Source: a bacterium
GTDB taxonomy: Bacteria; Patescibacteriota; Minisyncoccia; UBA6257; JAUSGH01
Reading direction: 5' to 3'
Assembly: GCA_030649055.1 (NCBI GenBank)
Contig: JAUSGH010000003.1
Coordinates: 354 to 64,353, forward strand
DNA length: 64,000 nucleotides
Both the position numbers and the translations under genes were made by a program. The notes beneath the pieces were generated by a model, which saw only the letters and a list, made by a program, of their open reading frames with translations, searched no databases and was not told where the DNA came from. Positions 20,016 to 30,384 of the stretch are shown here, one piece after another. Each line of letters opens with the position of its first letter. Position 1 is the first letter of the stretch.

Positions 20016-20720
20016 TTATCGGACAACAAATACTGTCGTCAAATCATGCAAACTGTACGGCAGCGTCAGTGGCGCCTCCACAAACGCGGCACCCGGGTTT
20101 TCCCGCACCTCGGAAACGCTTCCCACAACAAGGCCATAAGGCAAATCGCGGCTTGTTGCGTATACCGGATCACCGACCGCGACGGGTTTCCCTTTCGCGA
20201 TAAGCGTAATCACCGGCGTTGCTCCGCCACGTAAAAGACCGTTCGTCGCCGAAGAACCGATACGCACGGGAATGTCGTGCGTGAGGTCAAACACGGTCCG
20301 CGCTTCGCTCCAGTCGTTCTCCACGCGAATAACCTGCCCCAACAGAATTCCTTTCGCGGCGAGCACGGCCGCGCCTTCGCGGATTCCCGCGGAGGCACCA
20401 GAGGCAAGCGTCAGCACGGACTTATCATTCAGCGGATAGAGCGCGTAGACCTTCGCGGCGATGAGCGGCGCATCGCGGCGAGGAAAGTCATCCTTCCGCG
20501 CCAGAAGTTCCGCGCGCAAACTTTGGTTTTCCATCGCAAGGGCGCCAAACTCACGCGCGATATCAAGCCGCAAGAATGCACCTTTCACAAGAAGAAACGG
20601 CAATGCGAACACGCTTTTTACTTGTCCAACAAAAGAGTCGGACGCGCGAGCAAAAACACCGCCATAAAAAATAGACCCAAGGAAAAAGATAGTTGTGATG
20701 ACAAAAAAGAGGTAGCGCAT
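20016..20720 (-). CDS. mreC: rod shape-determining protein MreC
   Basis: N-terminal TM plus coiled-coil then beta-rich domain; start set at MRYLFFV, since the longer ORF overlaps mreB. Confidence 0.75.
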   Translation of the reverse strand: MRYLFFVITTIFFLGSIFYGGVFARASDSFVGQVKSVFALPFLLVKGAFLRLDIAREFGALAMENQSLRAELLARKDDFPRRDAPLIAAKVYALYPLNDKSVLTLASGASAGIREGAAVLAAKGILLGQVIRVENDWSEARTVFDLTHDIPVRIGSSATNGLLRGGATPVITLIAKGKPVAVGDPVYATSRDLPYGLVVGSVSEVRENPGAAFVEAPLTLPYSLHDLTTVFVVR

Positions 20721-20871
20721 AAAACGAGAGAACCCATCTAAAAAATAGACCCCGACGCGATACGAGTCAATTCCGGCGAGTTCTAGGAGCGACGACGAAA
20801 TCGTATCCACTGAGATACCTTGAGGAGGAGCGACAACGAAATCGCCGGAATTGGCCGTATCCCGGAGGGCT

Positions 20872-21915
20872 CTACAAGGTGATCTCCCGTGGCGTAAACG
20901 GATTGTGCAGAATCGCCATATATTTCTCAAAGTTTTCCACGGCAATGCCGGTCCCGCGCGCAACGCACGTCAGAGGGTCTTCCACAATCGTTGCCGCAAC
21001 CTGTAAATCCTTGCTGATGTATTGGTCAATGCCGCGCAGCAAACTTCCGCCGCCGCAGAGATAAATACCACGCCGCAAAATATCCCCTGCAAGCTCCGGG
21101 GGGGTCACCTCAATCACCTCTTTGATGGACTCGGTGATAATCTTCAACGACTTACTGATTGCCGCGCGTGCTTGCGCGTCACGCACCACAACCTCATTCG
21201 GAAGTCCGGTTGCCAAATCTCTTCCTCGCACCGTCATCTCCATTTTCTGCTCCAAAGGAATTGCGGAGCCGATGGTGACCTTGAGTTCCTCCGCCGTCGG
21301 GTCGCCGATCGCGAGACGAAATTCATCACGCACAAAACGGATAAGATCTTCGTTCAGCCGGTCACCCGCGATTTTCAGACTTTTCGCGACAACCGTTCCG
21401 CCCATGGAAATAACGGCGATCTCTGTTGTGCCTCCGCCAATGTCCACAATCAAGTTCGCGGTCGGTTCATCCACCGGCAACCGGGCGCCCAAGGCAGCGG
21501 CAATGGATTCTTCGATAATAAACGCCTTGTGTATTCCGGCACCCACCACCGCGTCCTCAACGGATTTTCGTTCCACTTCAGTCAAGTTGCTCGGCGCGCC
21601 AACAACCGCGCGGCGGTAATGCCACAACTTTCTAGTGTCCACGGTACGCATAAAATGGCGGAGCATTTCTTGTGTTGTTTCAAAATCCGAGATAACGCCG
21701 TTGGTGAGCGGCCGCACTACATTCACGTGTGCCGGCGTGCGGCCAATCATCTTGCGCGCTTCATCGCCCGCGGCAACCACGGCGCCGGTTTTATTATTTA
21801 TGGCAACCACCGACGGCTCATTCACCACAATGCCGCGCCCCGCGACGTATACAAGAGTATTCGCCGTGCCAAGGTCAATGCCGATATTTTTCGTGAAATA
21901 GTCTAAAAACTTCAT
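20872..21915 (-). CDS. mreB: rod shape-determining protein MreB (actin-like)
   Basis: GIDLGTANTLVY and the rest of the actin-fold motifs. Confidence 0.95.
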   Translation of the reverse strand: MKFLDYFTKNIGIDLGTANTLVYVAGRGIVVNEPSVVAINNKTGAVVAAGDEARKMIGRTPAHVNVVRPLTNGVISDFETTQEMLRHFMRTVDTRKLWHYRRAVVGAPSNLTEVERKSVEDAVVGAGIHKAFIIEESIAAALGARLPVDEPTANLIVDIGGGTTEIAVISMGGTVVAKSLKIAGDRLNEDLIRFVRDEFRLAIGDPTAEELKVTIGSAIPLEQKMEMTVRGRDLATGLPNEVVVRDAQARAAISKSLKIITESIKEVIEVTPPELAGDILRRGIYLCGGGSLLRGIDQYISKDLQVAATIVEDPLTCVARGTGIAVENFEKYMAILHNPFTPREITL

Positions 21916-21944
21916 AACATATTACGGTAATCCTTCGACGGTGC

Positions 21945-23204
21945 TCAGGAAATATTTATACGCTGAGCCTGTCGAAGCGCTACCATAGATGCAACAAGTT
22001 TCACCTTGCCGCTCGCGCGTTCCTTCACTTCAACTTTCTTCGCCGCGACGGTTTTTGCGCTCACGAGGCACCGCAACGGAACGCCGAGCAAATCCGCATC
22101 CGCGAATTTTTCTCCGGCGGAAACCTCGCGATCGTCAAAGAGCACCTCAACGCCGCGCTTTGTTAAATCCGCATACAGTTTTTTCGCCGCCGCACGCTCT
22201 TTCGCGCCGTCACCAAGAAGTACCAAATGCACGTCAAATGGAGCGATGGACTTCGGCCAAATAATACCGCGCTCATCGTGGCTCACTTCAACAACCGTCG
22301 CGACAATACGCGAAGGGCCGATGCCATACGAACCCATAACCACCGGCCGCGACACGCCGTCCTTATCCAAAAACTTTACGCCGAAGGCATCCGCGTAGCG
22401 CGTACCGAGCGGAAACACATTCGCAACCTCAATCGCATTGCCACTCAAAATTTTTCCTGCGCACTTCGGACACTTGCCGCTACCGGACATCATGTCGGGG
22501 CTCGCCACCTCTTTATTCTGCGCGTAGTGACATTTTTCACAATAATACACCGTGTCCTCGCCCGAAGGCGCGAGCACTTGAAACTCGTGCGTGTACTCTT
22601 TTGTGAAAGCGCCCCCCGCGGCTTCCGTAATGAGATACTTCAAACCGATGCGCTTCATAATTTTTTCATACGCTTTGATGACCGTCGCGTAATACGCATC
22701 CAAACCCGCTTTGTCGGCATGGAAACTGTAAAGGTCTTTCATCATAAACTCTCTGCCCCGAAGCAAACCATTTTTCGCGCGTGGTTCCGAACGGAACTTC
22801 GTCTGAATCTGGTACACCGCCTTCGGCAAATCTTTATATGATTGGATGAAATGCTGGGCGATTGCAGTGATGACCTCCTCGTGCGTCCAGCCCAAACCAA
22901 ACTCTTCGCCGGCTTGCGTCTTCAATTTATAGATCACGTCAACATCCCAGCGCTTGGATTTCTCCCAATACTCTTTCGCAACCAGCGCATTCATAAGCAA
23001 CTCCTCCGCGCCAATGGCGTTCATTTCTTCACGAACGATGTTGACCACCTTCTGCAACACGCGAAATCCCAACGGCAGAAACGTAAATACGCCCGCCGAC
23101 ATTTTGCGGATAAATCCCCCGCGCAAAAGATACTTCGCGTTCACCGCCTCCTCATCCTTCGGGAAGGTCTTTGTTGTTTTTGAAAAAAGTTGAGAGAATA
23201 ACAT
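21945..23204 (-). CDS. proS: prolyl-tRNA synthetase (short form lacking the editing domain)
   Basis: Class II motifs (FRSEPRAKNGLLRGREFMMKD); C-terminal VALRQAQ comes from a repeat copy. Confidence 0.88.
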   Translation of the reverse strand: MLFSQLFSKTTKTFPKDEEAVNAKYLLRGGFIRKMSAGVFTFLPLGFRVLQKVVNIVREEMNAIGAEELLMNALVAKEYWEKSKRWDVDVIYKLKTQAGEEFGLGWTHEEVITAIAQHFIQSYKDLPKAVYQIQTKFRSEPRAKNGLLRGREFMMKDLYSFHADKAGLDAYYATVIKAYEKIMKRIGLKYLITEAAGGAFTKEYTHEFQVLAPSGEDTVYYCEKCHYAQNKEVASPDMMSGSGKCPKCAGKILSGNAIEVANVFPLGTRYADAFGVKFLDKDGVSRPVVMGSYGIGPSRIVATVVEVSHDERGIIWPKSIAPFDVHLVLLGDGAKERAAAKKLYADLTKRGVEVLFDDREVSAGEKFADADLLGVPLRCLVSAKTVAAKKVEVKERASGKVKLVASMVALRQAQRINIS

Positions 23205-23379
23205 CGCGGCACAAACGATTAAAATATTGCCTGAGCCTGTCGAAGGCCTTACCTAGTCCCTGCTCCGATTGTAGCAATATCAAAAAGAAAAGCAAATGAG
23301 ATAAAGTGTCTGAAAAATGTAACAGCTCGCATCGGTATGAACCCGATGCGAGCCGTAACGCTGAACTTGTCCCGAGACC

Positions 23380-23808
23380 CTACCACAAGTTGTTGACTCG
23401 CATGTACTCGCCGATCTTCCTGCGGACCTCCGCGTTCTCCCCACGCACGGCGTTCCGCGTGAAGTTCTCCTTCGTGCTCTTGCCGGAATGGTTCAGAAGC
23501 TCCTGAATGAACAAATCGGTGACACGGTAGATGCTCCCACGACGCTCCAGAAGCCCGGCGGCGGCGAGGGCGCCCCACCAATCCTTACGCTGGGGAACCC
23601 GGAAGGTCACCCAGCGCCTCTCCTTCACGCACTTGCGGAGAATCTCCACGGCGACCAACTCGGGCTCAGTCTTCCCGAAGAGCGAGTTGAAAGAGATGCC
23701 ACGATTCACAATAAACTGCGGCGTCACCTTCGTACGGTCCACCTTGGTCATGAGCGCGCTCATGATTCGTACCTCCACGAAGCCGGAGCAGCTTTGCGCC
23801 ATCACCAC
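23380..23808 (-). CDS. hypothetical protein
   Basis: ORF in a GC-rich segment; start uncertain (MSALMTKVDR is likely). Confidence 0.4.
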   Translation of the reverse strand: MVMAQSCSGFVEVRIMSALMTKVDRTKVTPQFIVNRGISFNSLFGKTEPELVAVEILRKCVKERRWVTFRVPQRKDWWGALAAAGLLERRGSIYRVTDLFIQELLNHSGKSTKENFTRNAVRGENAEVRRKIGEYMRVNNLW

Positions 23809-24072
23809 GACAGCGCGTCAGCCATTCCGTGACTACGCAACATCTTAACAAATCTAGTACGTCATGTCAAGTGCGGTGAACCAGCGCGCCCCGCAGACAC
23901 TCAAACTCCCACTCACGTTTGCCCTGATGCCTGCTTGGATCTCTCCATCAACACACTGCGCAGCTTTGCGGCGTTTTCGGCGCCAACGCCGTCAATGTGC
24001 GCCTGCATGCCGGAAGAAAAGCCCGCGGTTTCCAAATGCACGTCATAGAGGGCGAGCGACCGGTCAATGACA

Positions 24073-25086
24073 TTAGAACAGTCGCACCACGTCCCTCGCC
24101 GTCACCATCACAATCAGCGCCAAAAGAATTGCAAAGCCGGTCGCATTCGCAATCATCTCAAACCGCGGAGAAAGGCGTGAACCTTTGATTTTTTCAAATA
24201 CCAGAAACAGCAACCGCCCGCCGTCCAAGGCAGGGAACGGCATAATGTTTAACACTGCGAGGTTTAGTGAAATCGCGCCGATAAGCTGAAACAGAAACGC
24301 GAGTCCCAACGATCCGGTTTGTTGGGCAACGGAAAAAATGCCGACGGGCCCGACAAATCCTTCAAGCAACTTGCCCTGCGTGAACAACGACACGAGGATG
24401 CTCCACAGCCCCACAACAACCGACGCCATCATAATTGCCGACTGCACAAATCCTTCGCGGAGCGCGGCAAATAGCGGCAACGGCGCCGCTCCCGCCTCGG
24501 CAACAACGACGCCCAACACTCCTCCGCCACCGTTCGCCGGTTTTGGTGCCGCGCTAACTGCGATACGCCGCCCCTCGCGCACAATGTTTAACACGATGAC
24601 TTCCTCAACATGCGCGCGGATGTAACTCGTGAAGGCGCTCCCTTCCGTAAAGCCGGTAATAAAATCTCCCGCAAGAAGTCCTGCTTCAGCGGCGCCAGAA
24701 TCAGGCAGCACGCGGTCAACGAGCAACCCCCGCGGCGTACCGATAAAAAGCACTGCGGAAACAATCAGCCAACCGAGCACGACATTCATCGCAACTCCGG
24801 CCGCAATCACAACCAAGCGTTTCCACGCCGGCTGGGCAATAAAACTCCGCGCGTCATTCATGTCAGCCGTACCTGCCGTCTCGCCGTGCAAGCGCACAAA
24901 TCCGCCAAGCGGCAAGAGATTGACGCTGTACATGGTCTCTCCTTTTATTTTTCCGAACAGCCGCGGCGGAAACCCAATGCCGAACTCATCTACGCGCACG
25001 CCGAACGCCTTTGCGCAAATAAAATGCCCGAACTCATGGGCGAGAATGAGCAATGCGATGCCGAGGATAGTTAAGAAAATAATCAT
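24073..25086 (-). CDS. rseP: RIP metalloprotease RseP (site-2 protease)
   Basis: HEFGHF zinc motif in TM1; PDZ; LDG motif. Confidence 0.92.
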   Translation of the reverse strand: MIIFLTILGIALLILAHEFGHFICAKAFGVRVDEFGIGFPPRLFGKIKGETMYSVNLLPLGGFVRLHGETAGTADMNDARSFIAQPAWKRLVVIAAGVAMNVVLGWLIVSAVLFIGTPRGLLVDRVLPDSGAAEAGLLAGDFITGFTEGSAFTSYIRAHVEEVIVLNIVREGRRIAVSAAPKPANGGGGVLGVVVAEAGAAPLPLFAALREGFVQSAIMMASVVVGLWSILVSLFTQGKLLEGFVGPVGIFSVAQQTGSLGLAFLFQLIGAISLNLAVLNIMPFPALDGGRLLFLVFEKIKGSRLSPRFEMIANATGFAILLALIVMVTARDVVRLF

Positions 25087-25178
25087 GGCTCAAGATTTAT
25101 TAGCTTCGTTAGCTTTTTAGCTTCATTAGAGGAAAGCCTGTTGCCTAACGAAGCTAACCATCTAATGAAGCTGACCGC

Positions 25179-25724
25179 CTATTCCTGAATCTCCTTCACC
25201 TTCGCCGCCAAATGCTCCTCAATGCTTTTATTCGCCTTATCCACCGCCTCCTGCGCTTTCTTTCTCAGCGCAAACTTTTCATTTTCCGAAATCGCTTTTT
25301 CCTTTTCGGCGCGCTCTATTTTTTTCATCTCCTCGTCGCGCGCTCCGCGGATGCTGATGCGATGTTCTTCACAAACTTTTTTCGCGAGCTTTTCTATTTC
25401 AGATCTTCGTTCGCCGGTCATCGCAGGCAGCGTGACCCGCACAATTGTTCCCTGCACCGCGACTGAAAGTCCCAAGTTCGCCGCCTCAATGCCTTTCGCA
25501 ATTGCCGCGAGTGAATGCTGATCCCACGCGTTGACCAACAAGTCGCGCGGCGGAGCGATGGTGATGGACCCGAGCTGCTTCACCGACATGTGCGCGTCCA
25601 TATACTCCACCGCGACATCTTCGATCATTTTCGGCGACGGACGATTGGTGCGCAACCCCGAAAGTTCATTCTTCAAATTCTCCCCGATACGTTTTAATTT
25701 TTCCTCAAAATCTTTGATGTCCAT
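25179..25724 (-). CDS. frr: ribosome recycling factor
   Basis: Full-length RRF similarity. Confidence 0.93.
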   Translation of the reverse strand: MDIKDFEEKLKRIGENLKNELSGLRTNRPSPKMIEDVAVEYMDAHMSVKQLGSITIAPPRDLLVNAWDQHSLAAIAKGIEAANLGLSVAVQGTIVRVTLPAMTGERRSEIEKLAKKVCEEHRISIRGARDEEMKKIERAEKEKAISENEKFALRKKAQEAVDKANKSIEEHLAAKVKEIQE

Positions 25725-25813
25725 ATATATGGATAGTAACGGATGATCGCCCGCGGCGCAATTTCAAAAATCCGCTATACTAAAAACAGTGATTGTTTGT
25801 AAGGAGTACTGCT

Positions 25814-26443
25814 GTGTTTGATTTGCCGTATGCAGCACCGACGCTCTGGCCGAAATTCGAGCATATGCTCGGCTCTTACACGCCGGCAGAAATGATCCAA
25901 GCCTGCCTCTGCCACACAGGCCTTGGCGCGTGGATCGCGGTGTTCGTCACCGTCGCCACCATCGTCATGCTCCGCTGGGCGTGGAAGCGCGCCGCACCGG
26001 TCGAGACGGTGATCGCGCTGACCGAGGAGGGGCGAACGCGCGAGTACTACGCGCAGTGCGTCAAACACGTCGCGATAATGGCGCTACTTGGCGGCCTCGC
26101 AGGAAACGCCGTGGATATTGACCACATCATCGCCAAACTCCTCTTCCCTTGGTATACCTGCGGAAGACTCTTGCACACGGCGGGGTTTCACATCGGCGCG
26201 TTCTTCCTCGTCGTTATCTACGCTCGGCTCGCGGCTTTCGTTATGGGAGGCGTGCTTGCGCACTTCCGCTGGTCGCCGATCGCAAGCATCGGCGACGGAA
26301 TCATCGGCCTTGCGGCGCATGGATGGGACATAAAGGATCCACGATTCCTGTGGAAATTCACCACGTACTACACGTGGCGCACCGTCGCTGCGTGGGTAGT
26401 CGTGACACACGTCTTAGAGGACTACGCATGGAACTTGTTCTAG
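25814..26443 (+). CDS. hypothetical polytopic membrane protein
   Basis: aaggag then a 7-nt spacer then GTG; followed by a terminator of the gggctcttcactttttag type. Confidence 0.55.
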   Translation: MFDLPYAAPTLWPKFEHMLGSYTPAEMIQACLCHTGLGAWIAVFVTVATIVMLRWAWKRAAPVETVIALTEEGRTREYYAQCVKHVAIMALLGGLAGNAVDIDHIIAKLLFPWYTCGRLLHTAGFHIGAFFLVVIYARLAAFVMGGVLAHFRWSPIASIGDGIIGLAAHGWDIKDPRFLWKFTTYYTWRTVAAWVVVTHVLEDYAWNLF

Positions 26444-26880
26444 CGACTCGCGAGAGCCCGGTCTGCCTCGGCAGCCGGGCTCTTCACTTTTTAGAATCAA
26501 AGGGCGTGAAACGCCTACATTATCATCACTTCACCACCTCCCTAATACGACGCAGGAAGCGTAGGCGTGCTTTCGAGCGAGCATGTTGGAGCGATACTAT
26601 ACACGACTGATACATTCCGCCGCGCTATTCTTTTTCGTAACCTAAGTGCAGCCGAGTCAGAAAACCGTGAGTGAAGGGCGGATTTTTTGACCATGCACGA
26701 ATGAGACGGAAAATCCTCCCGCCTGCGGGCGGGAGGAGGAACGCGAGCCTCGTTCGTGCATTCAAAAAATCAACCGCAGCGAACGGGCTTTCTCGAGGCG
26801 GAGCGGGTAAGAAAAAGAATGGAGCGGCGGAATGAGCCGGACCCGTGAACAATACTATGCAGGGCTTTCGCGAGGTGGAT

Positions 26881-27624
26881 TCACGCATCCAACAACGTCT
26901 CCAACTGCAACTTCCTGTTCGTATTAAAATCCTGCATCTTCGCCCACCTCTCCGTCAGCCGCCCCATGAGCCGCACATGTTTCACCGGATCCTTGCGGCA
27001 CTCTATCAACACATGCCGCACGAAATGCGCGAGTAGCTGTTCGACGCGCGAAAGCTCCTCGGCTTCCAGCACATCCGCAATAATAACTCTCCGCTCCGCG
27101 ACAGCGCCCGCAACAAATTTCTTTGCCAACTGCGCCGCTGTTTTTTCGGCGCCCGAAAGCTCCTCCTCTCCCTCGCTCCCCACATATATTTTTTGGAAAC
27201 GCGAAGCAAGTGGCGCCACAATTACCCTCGGGTCAAGCGCACTCATCAAAATTAGTCCGTGCTCCGGCGGCTCCTCAACGGTTTTCAAAAACGCGTGCTG
27301 CGCCTCGGTAGACAGCGCATCCGCGCCATTCACAAAAACCGTTTTCCGCGCCGCGCGCAGCGGTTTTTGCCACAAAAAAGTAATTGCCTCCCGCACACTT
27401 CCGATGCTGATAGTTCCGCCGTCACCGGCCCCAAATTCACGGCTATCAATACACAAGCCATCGCACGAGGTCTTTCCGCATTCAAGGAGCGCGATAATCG
27501 CGCGGCAGACATTAGCAATCGCGGTCGGCGATTCGCCCCAAAAAAGATACGCGTGGCCCAACCGCCCTTCCGCAATATGGACCTTAAAATCGCTTATTAA
27601 GGAGTGTGCGCTTGTAGACATCAA
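26881..27624 (-). CDS. holB: DNA polymerase III delta' subunit
   Basis: GHAYLFWG and FLKTVEEPPEHGLILM motifs. Confidence 0.82.
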   Translation of the reverse strand: MMSTSAHSLISDFKVHIAEGRLGHAYLFWGESPTAIANVCRAIIALLECGKTSCDGLCIDSREFGAGDGGTISIGSVREAITFLWQKPLRAARKTVFVNGADALSTEAQHAFLKTVEEPPEHGLILMSALDPRVIVAPLASRFQKIYVGSEGEEELSGAEKTAAQLAKKFVAGAVAERRVIIADVLEAEELSRVEQLLAHFVRHVLIECRKDPVKHVRLMGRLTERWAKMQDFNTNRKLQLETLLDA

Positions 27625-28594
27625 GGTGGTTCAAAATAAGTCCGGCGCCTTTGGCAACGCAGAATAACGGCTCCTCCGCGATATACGTTTCCACTCCGGT
27701 CATACGCTTAAAGAAGTCATCGATGCCACGCAAATGTCCGCCGCCGCCCGAAACGAGAATACCCTGCTCCATAATATCCGCCACAAGTTCCGGTGGAGTG
27801 CTATTAAACACATTCTGCACCGTAGTTGCGATTTCGATAAGCAACGGATTCAAACTTTCGGCGATTTCATTGGAATTCAGCACGATGTCGCGCGGCAATC
27901 CGTACACCAAGTCACGGCCGCGAATCTGATATTCCAATTTTTCCTTTGACGGCAGCGCCGCCCCGATTTGAATTTTCACCGCCTCCGCGGTTTGCTCACC
28001 GATGGAAAGCGAATACTTGCGTTTCACGTAATCAATGATGGCCTGGTCAAACTTATTTCCCGCGACTTTTAAGCTCGCCCACGACACAATGCCGCCGAGT
28101 GAAATCACCGCGACCTCGGAGGTACCACCGCCGATGTTGATAATCATATTGCCGGAGTGATGATTGATGGTGATACCCGCGCCTAAGGCGGCCAAAATCG
28201 GCTCTTTCACAATATAGACTTCTTTCGCTCCGGCCTCACGTCCGGCGTTGATCACCGCGCGACGCTCAACCGAAGACACGCCCGCGGGAACGGAAAGCAC
28301 GACTTCCGGTTTGACGATATTAAATGAGCCTGTTGCTTTCGCGATAAAATACTTGAGCATCGCGCGCGTAATGTAGTAGTCGGCAATGACGCCGTCTTTC
28401 ATCGGACGGTACGCGACAATATCATCCGGCGTGCGGCCAATCATATCTTTTGCTTCGCGGCCAACGGCAAGCACGGTATTATCCGGCACGCTCATCGCGA
28501 CGATCGTCGGCTCATTGATGACAAACCCTTTGCCCGGCACAAACACGATGGTGTTCACCGTGCCGAGGTCAATACCTATTTTCCGTGTAAACAT
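27584..28594 (-). CDS. MreB/Mbl-like actin homolog (second paralog)
   Basis: GIDLGTVNTIVF and full actin-fold motifs; paralogous to the mreB at 20872..21915. Confidence 0.9.
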   Translation of the reverse strand: MFTRKIGIDLGTVNTIVFVPGKGFVINEPTIVAMSVPDNTVLAVGREAKDMIGRTPDDIVAYRPMKDGVIADYYITRAMLKYFIAKATGSFNIVKPEVVLSVPAGVSSVERRAVINAGREAGAKEVYIVKEPILAALGAGITINHHSGNMIINIGGGTSEVAVISLGGIVSWASLKVAGNKFDQAIIDYVKRKYSLSIGEQTAEAVKIQIGAALPSKEKLEYQIRGRDLVYGLPRDIVLNSNEIAESLNPLLIEIATTVQNVFNSTPPELVADIMEQGILVSGGGGHLRGIDDFFKRMTGVETYIAEEPLFCVAKGAGLILNHLDVYKRTLLNKRF

Positions 28595-28597
28595 AGT

Positions 28598-28636
28598 TCA
28601 ATAAAACAATAAAGCAATAAAGCAATAAAGCAAAGC
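28598..28636. repeat. tandem 8-bp repeat (GCAATAAA)n
   Basis: Seen directly; inverted relative to the array at 29015..29090. Confidence 0.8.
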
Positions 28637-28641
28637 GTTCG

Positions 28642-29004
28642 TTACCGTTCTATCCTTTGGTCCAGTCCACGTATTTCCGCCCAAAGCATCGCGCCAATTT
28701 CATCCGCAATGACAGCGCCGCGTTCGTAGTCTTTAGCAGAAATGTACTTTTCAACAAAAGCAAAATGAAGAAGGTACCGGGATTCTTTGAAAGAACCGAA
28801 TGCTATTTCAAGAAAATTCAGACGTACGAGAGGTTTCCGCCGGGCATATCCCTCAATATAATTTAAAACAACAGAAAGGGTGGCACGCCGAAACTGCGAC
28901 GTAACACCGAAAAGCTCTTCTCTAGGAAAGTTTTTTGTAATTGCGTAAACAAGGTGAGTATAGTCATCCATTTTACCTTTAAGTTTTTCCTGAAAATCAT
29001 TCAT
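28642..29004 (-). CDS. four-helix-bundle protein (TIGR02436-like; the family encoded by 23S rRNA intervening sequences)
   Basis: ITKNFPREELFGVTSQFRRATLSVVLNYIEGYAR matches the family hallmark. Confidence 0.8.
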   Translation of the reverse strand: MNDFQEKLKGKMDDYTHLVYAITKNFPREELFGVTSQFRRATLSVVLNYIEGYARRKPLVRLNFLEIAFGSFKESRYLLHFAFVEKYISAKDYERGAVIADEIGAMLWAEIRGLDQRIER

Positions 29005-29014
29005 CGTCTTGCAT

Positions 29015-29090
29015 GATTGTTTTTGTATTTTTGTTTCGTTGTTTTGATGCTCTGATGCTTTATTGCTTCGTTGTTTTATTGCTTTTATGC
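29015..29090. repeat. degenerate tandem 8-bp repeat (TTGCTTTN)n
   Basis: Seen directly. Confidence 0.75.
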
Positions 29091-30380
29091 CTTCCGCACA
29101 ATGTCCGCGCCAAGCAGCCGCAACCTTTCCTCAATCCGTTCATACCCGCGGTCAATTTCTTCAATGCCGGAAATAACCGACTCGCCCGTGGCGGTCAATG
29201 CCGCGATGATGTGCGCGATGCCGCTCCGCAAATCACGCACCGTAACATTCGCCCCGTGAAGCGGCGTCGGCCCGTTGATCACCGCGCTGTGATTAAAACC
29301 TTTGCCATTAAACCGGCACGTCAGTTCACCGAGACACTTGGAAAAAACAGTGATGTACGCGCCCATGGCATTCAAGTCCGCGGTGTAACCAAAACGATCG
29401 TCATACACGGTTTCATGAATAATTGAGGCACCCATCGCCTGCGTCAAAAGCACCGCGAACGGCTGCTGCCAATCGGTCATAAATCCCGGGTGCGGATCGG
29501 TTTCAATTTCGGCGGCTTTAAGTTCGCTGGAGCGCCAAAAACGGATGCCACCATCTTTCACTTCATATTCCCCGCCGACCCTGCGCAACGTACTTAAAAA
29601 TGTACTCAGGTGATCTTGCACCGCTCCGCGCACGAACACGTCACCATCGGTCGCAACCGCAAGGCACGCGAACGACACCGCTTCGTTCCGATCCGGAATC
29701 ACGGCGTGAGTAACGCCGCGGAGTTTTTTGACGCCGTCAATATGAAACGCGCGATTGGCGCCAAGTTCAATGATGGCTCCCATTTTTTGGAGCATCTTCA
29801 CCAGCTCCTTCACCTCCGGCTCACGCGCGGCATTATAAATGCTCGTTCTCCCCTCGGCCAGCACCGCCGCTAATATGATGTTCTCCGTCGCGCCGACCGA
29901 TGGATAGCGCAGCCGGATTTTTGTCCCATGCAAACCGCCTTTCGCCGTAGCAACATAACGCTCCCCCGCAATTTCAATTGAGGCACCCATCGCGCGAAGC
30001 GCCTCAAGGTGAATATCCACCGGCCGCGCGCCGATTTTATCTCCCCCTAAAAACGGGATCTCGGCCTCGCCAACGCGCGCAAGCAAAGGACCAAGCGCAA
30101 GTATCGGAATGCGATTTTTTCTTGAAAGCGAGCCGACGCGAGAGTTTTTAATCTCCGGCGTTTTAATGCGAAGCGTTTTTCCTTCACGCACAATTTCGCT
30201 TCCGATCATGCGACAAAGCTCTTCGGTAATCTCAAGCTCACCGATGTCCGGCACATTGGAAAACACGCATTCCTCGTCGGTAAGAAGCGACGCGATGAGC
30301 ACTTTGCTCGCGCCGTTTTTCGCGCCCGAAAGCGCAATTTCTCCTTTCAATTTTTTCCCGCCGTGGATGATGAATTGCAT
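29085..30380 (-). CDS. murA: UDP-N-acetylglucosamine 1-carboxyvinyltransferase
   Basis: Full-length MurA similarity; start set at MQFIIHGG, since the upstream ORF extension is repeat-derived. Confidence 0.93.
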   Translation of the reverse strand: MQFIIHGGKKLKGEIALSGAKNGASKVLIASLLTDEECVFSNVPDIGELEITEELCRMIGSEIVREGKTLRIKTPEIKNSRVGSLSRKNRIPILALGPLLARVGEAEIPFLGGDKIGARPVDIHLEALRAMGASIEIAGERYVATAKGGLHGTKIRLRYPSVGATENIILAAVLAEGRTSIYNAAREPEVKELVKMLQKMGAIIELGANRAFHIDGVKKLRGVTHAVIPDRNEAVSFACLAVATDGDVFVRGAVQDHLSTFLSTLRRVGGEYEVKDGGIRFWRSSELKAAEIETDPHPGFMTDWQQPFAVLLTQAMGASIIHETVYDDRFGYTADLNAMGAYITVFSKCLGELTCRFNGKGFNHSAVINGPTPLHGANVTVRDLRSGIAHIIAALTATGESVISGIEEIDRGYERIEERLRLLGADIVRKA

Positions 30381-30384
30381 AGCA

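Noticed and set aside
27584-27624. The 41-nt overlap between the holB start and the end of the MreB-paralog gene as evidence of a mis-called gene
   Set aside because: Both proteins are full-length relative to their families. The overlap more likely reflects an uncertain holB start codon than a false gene.
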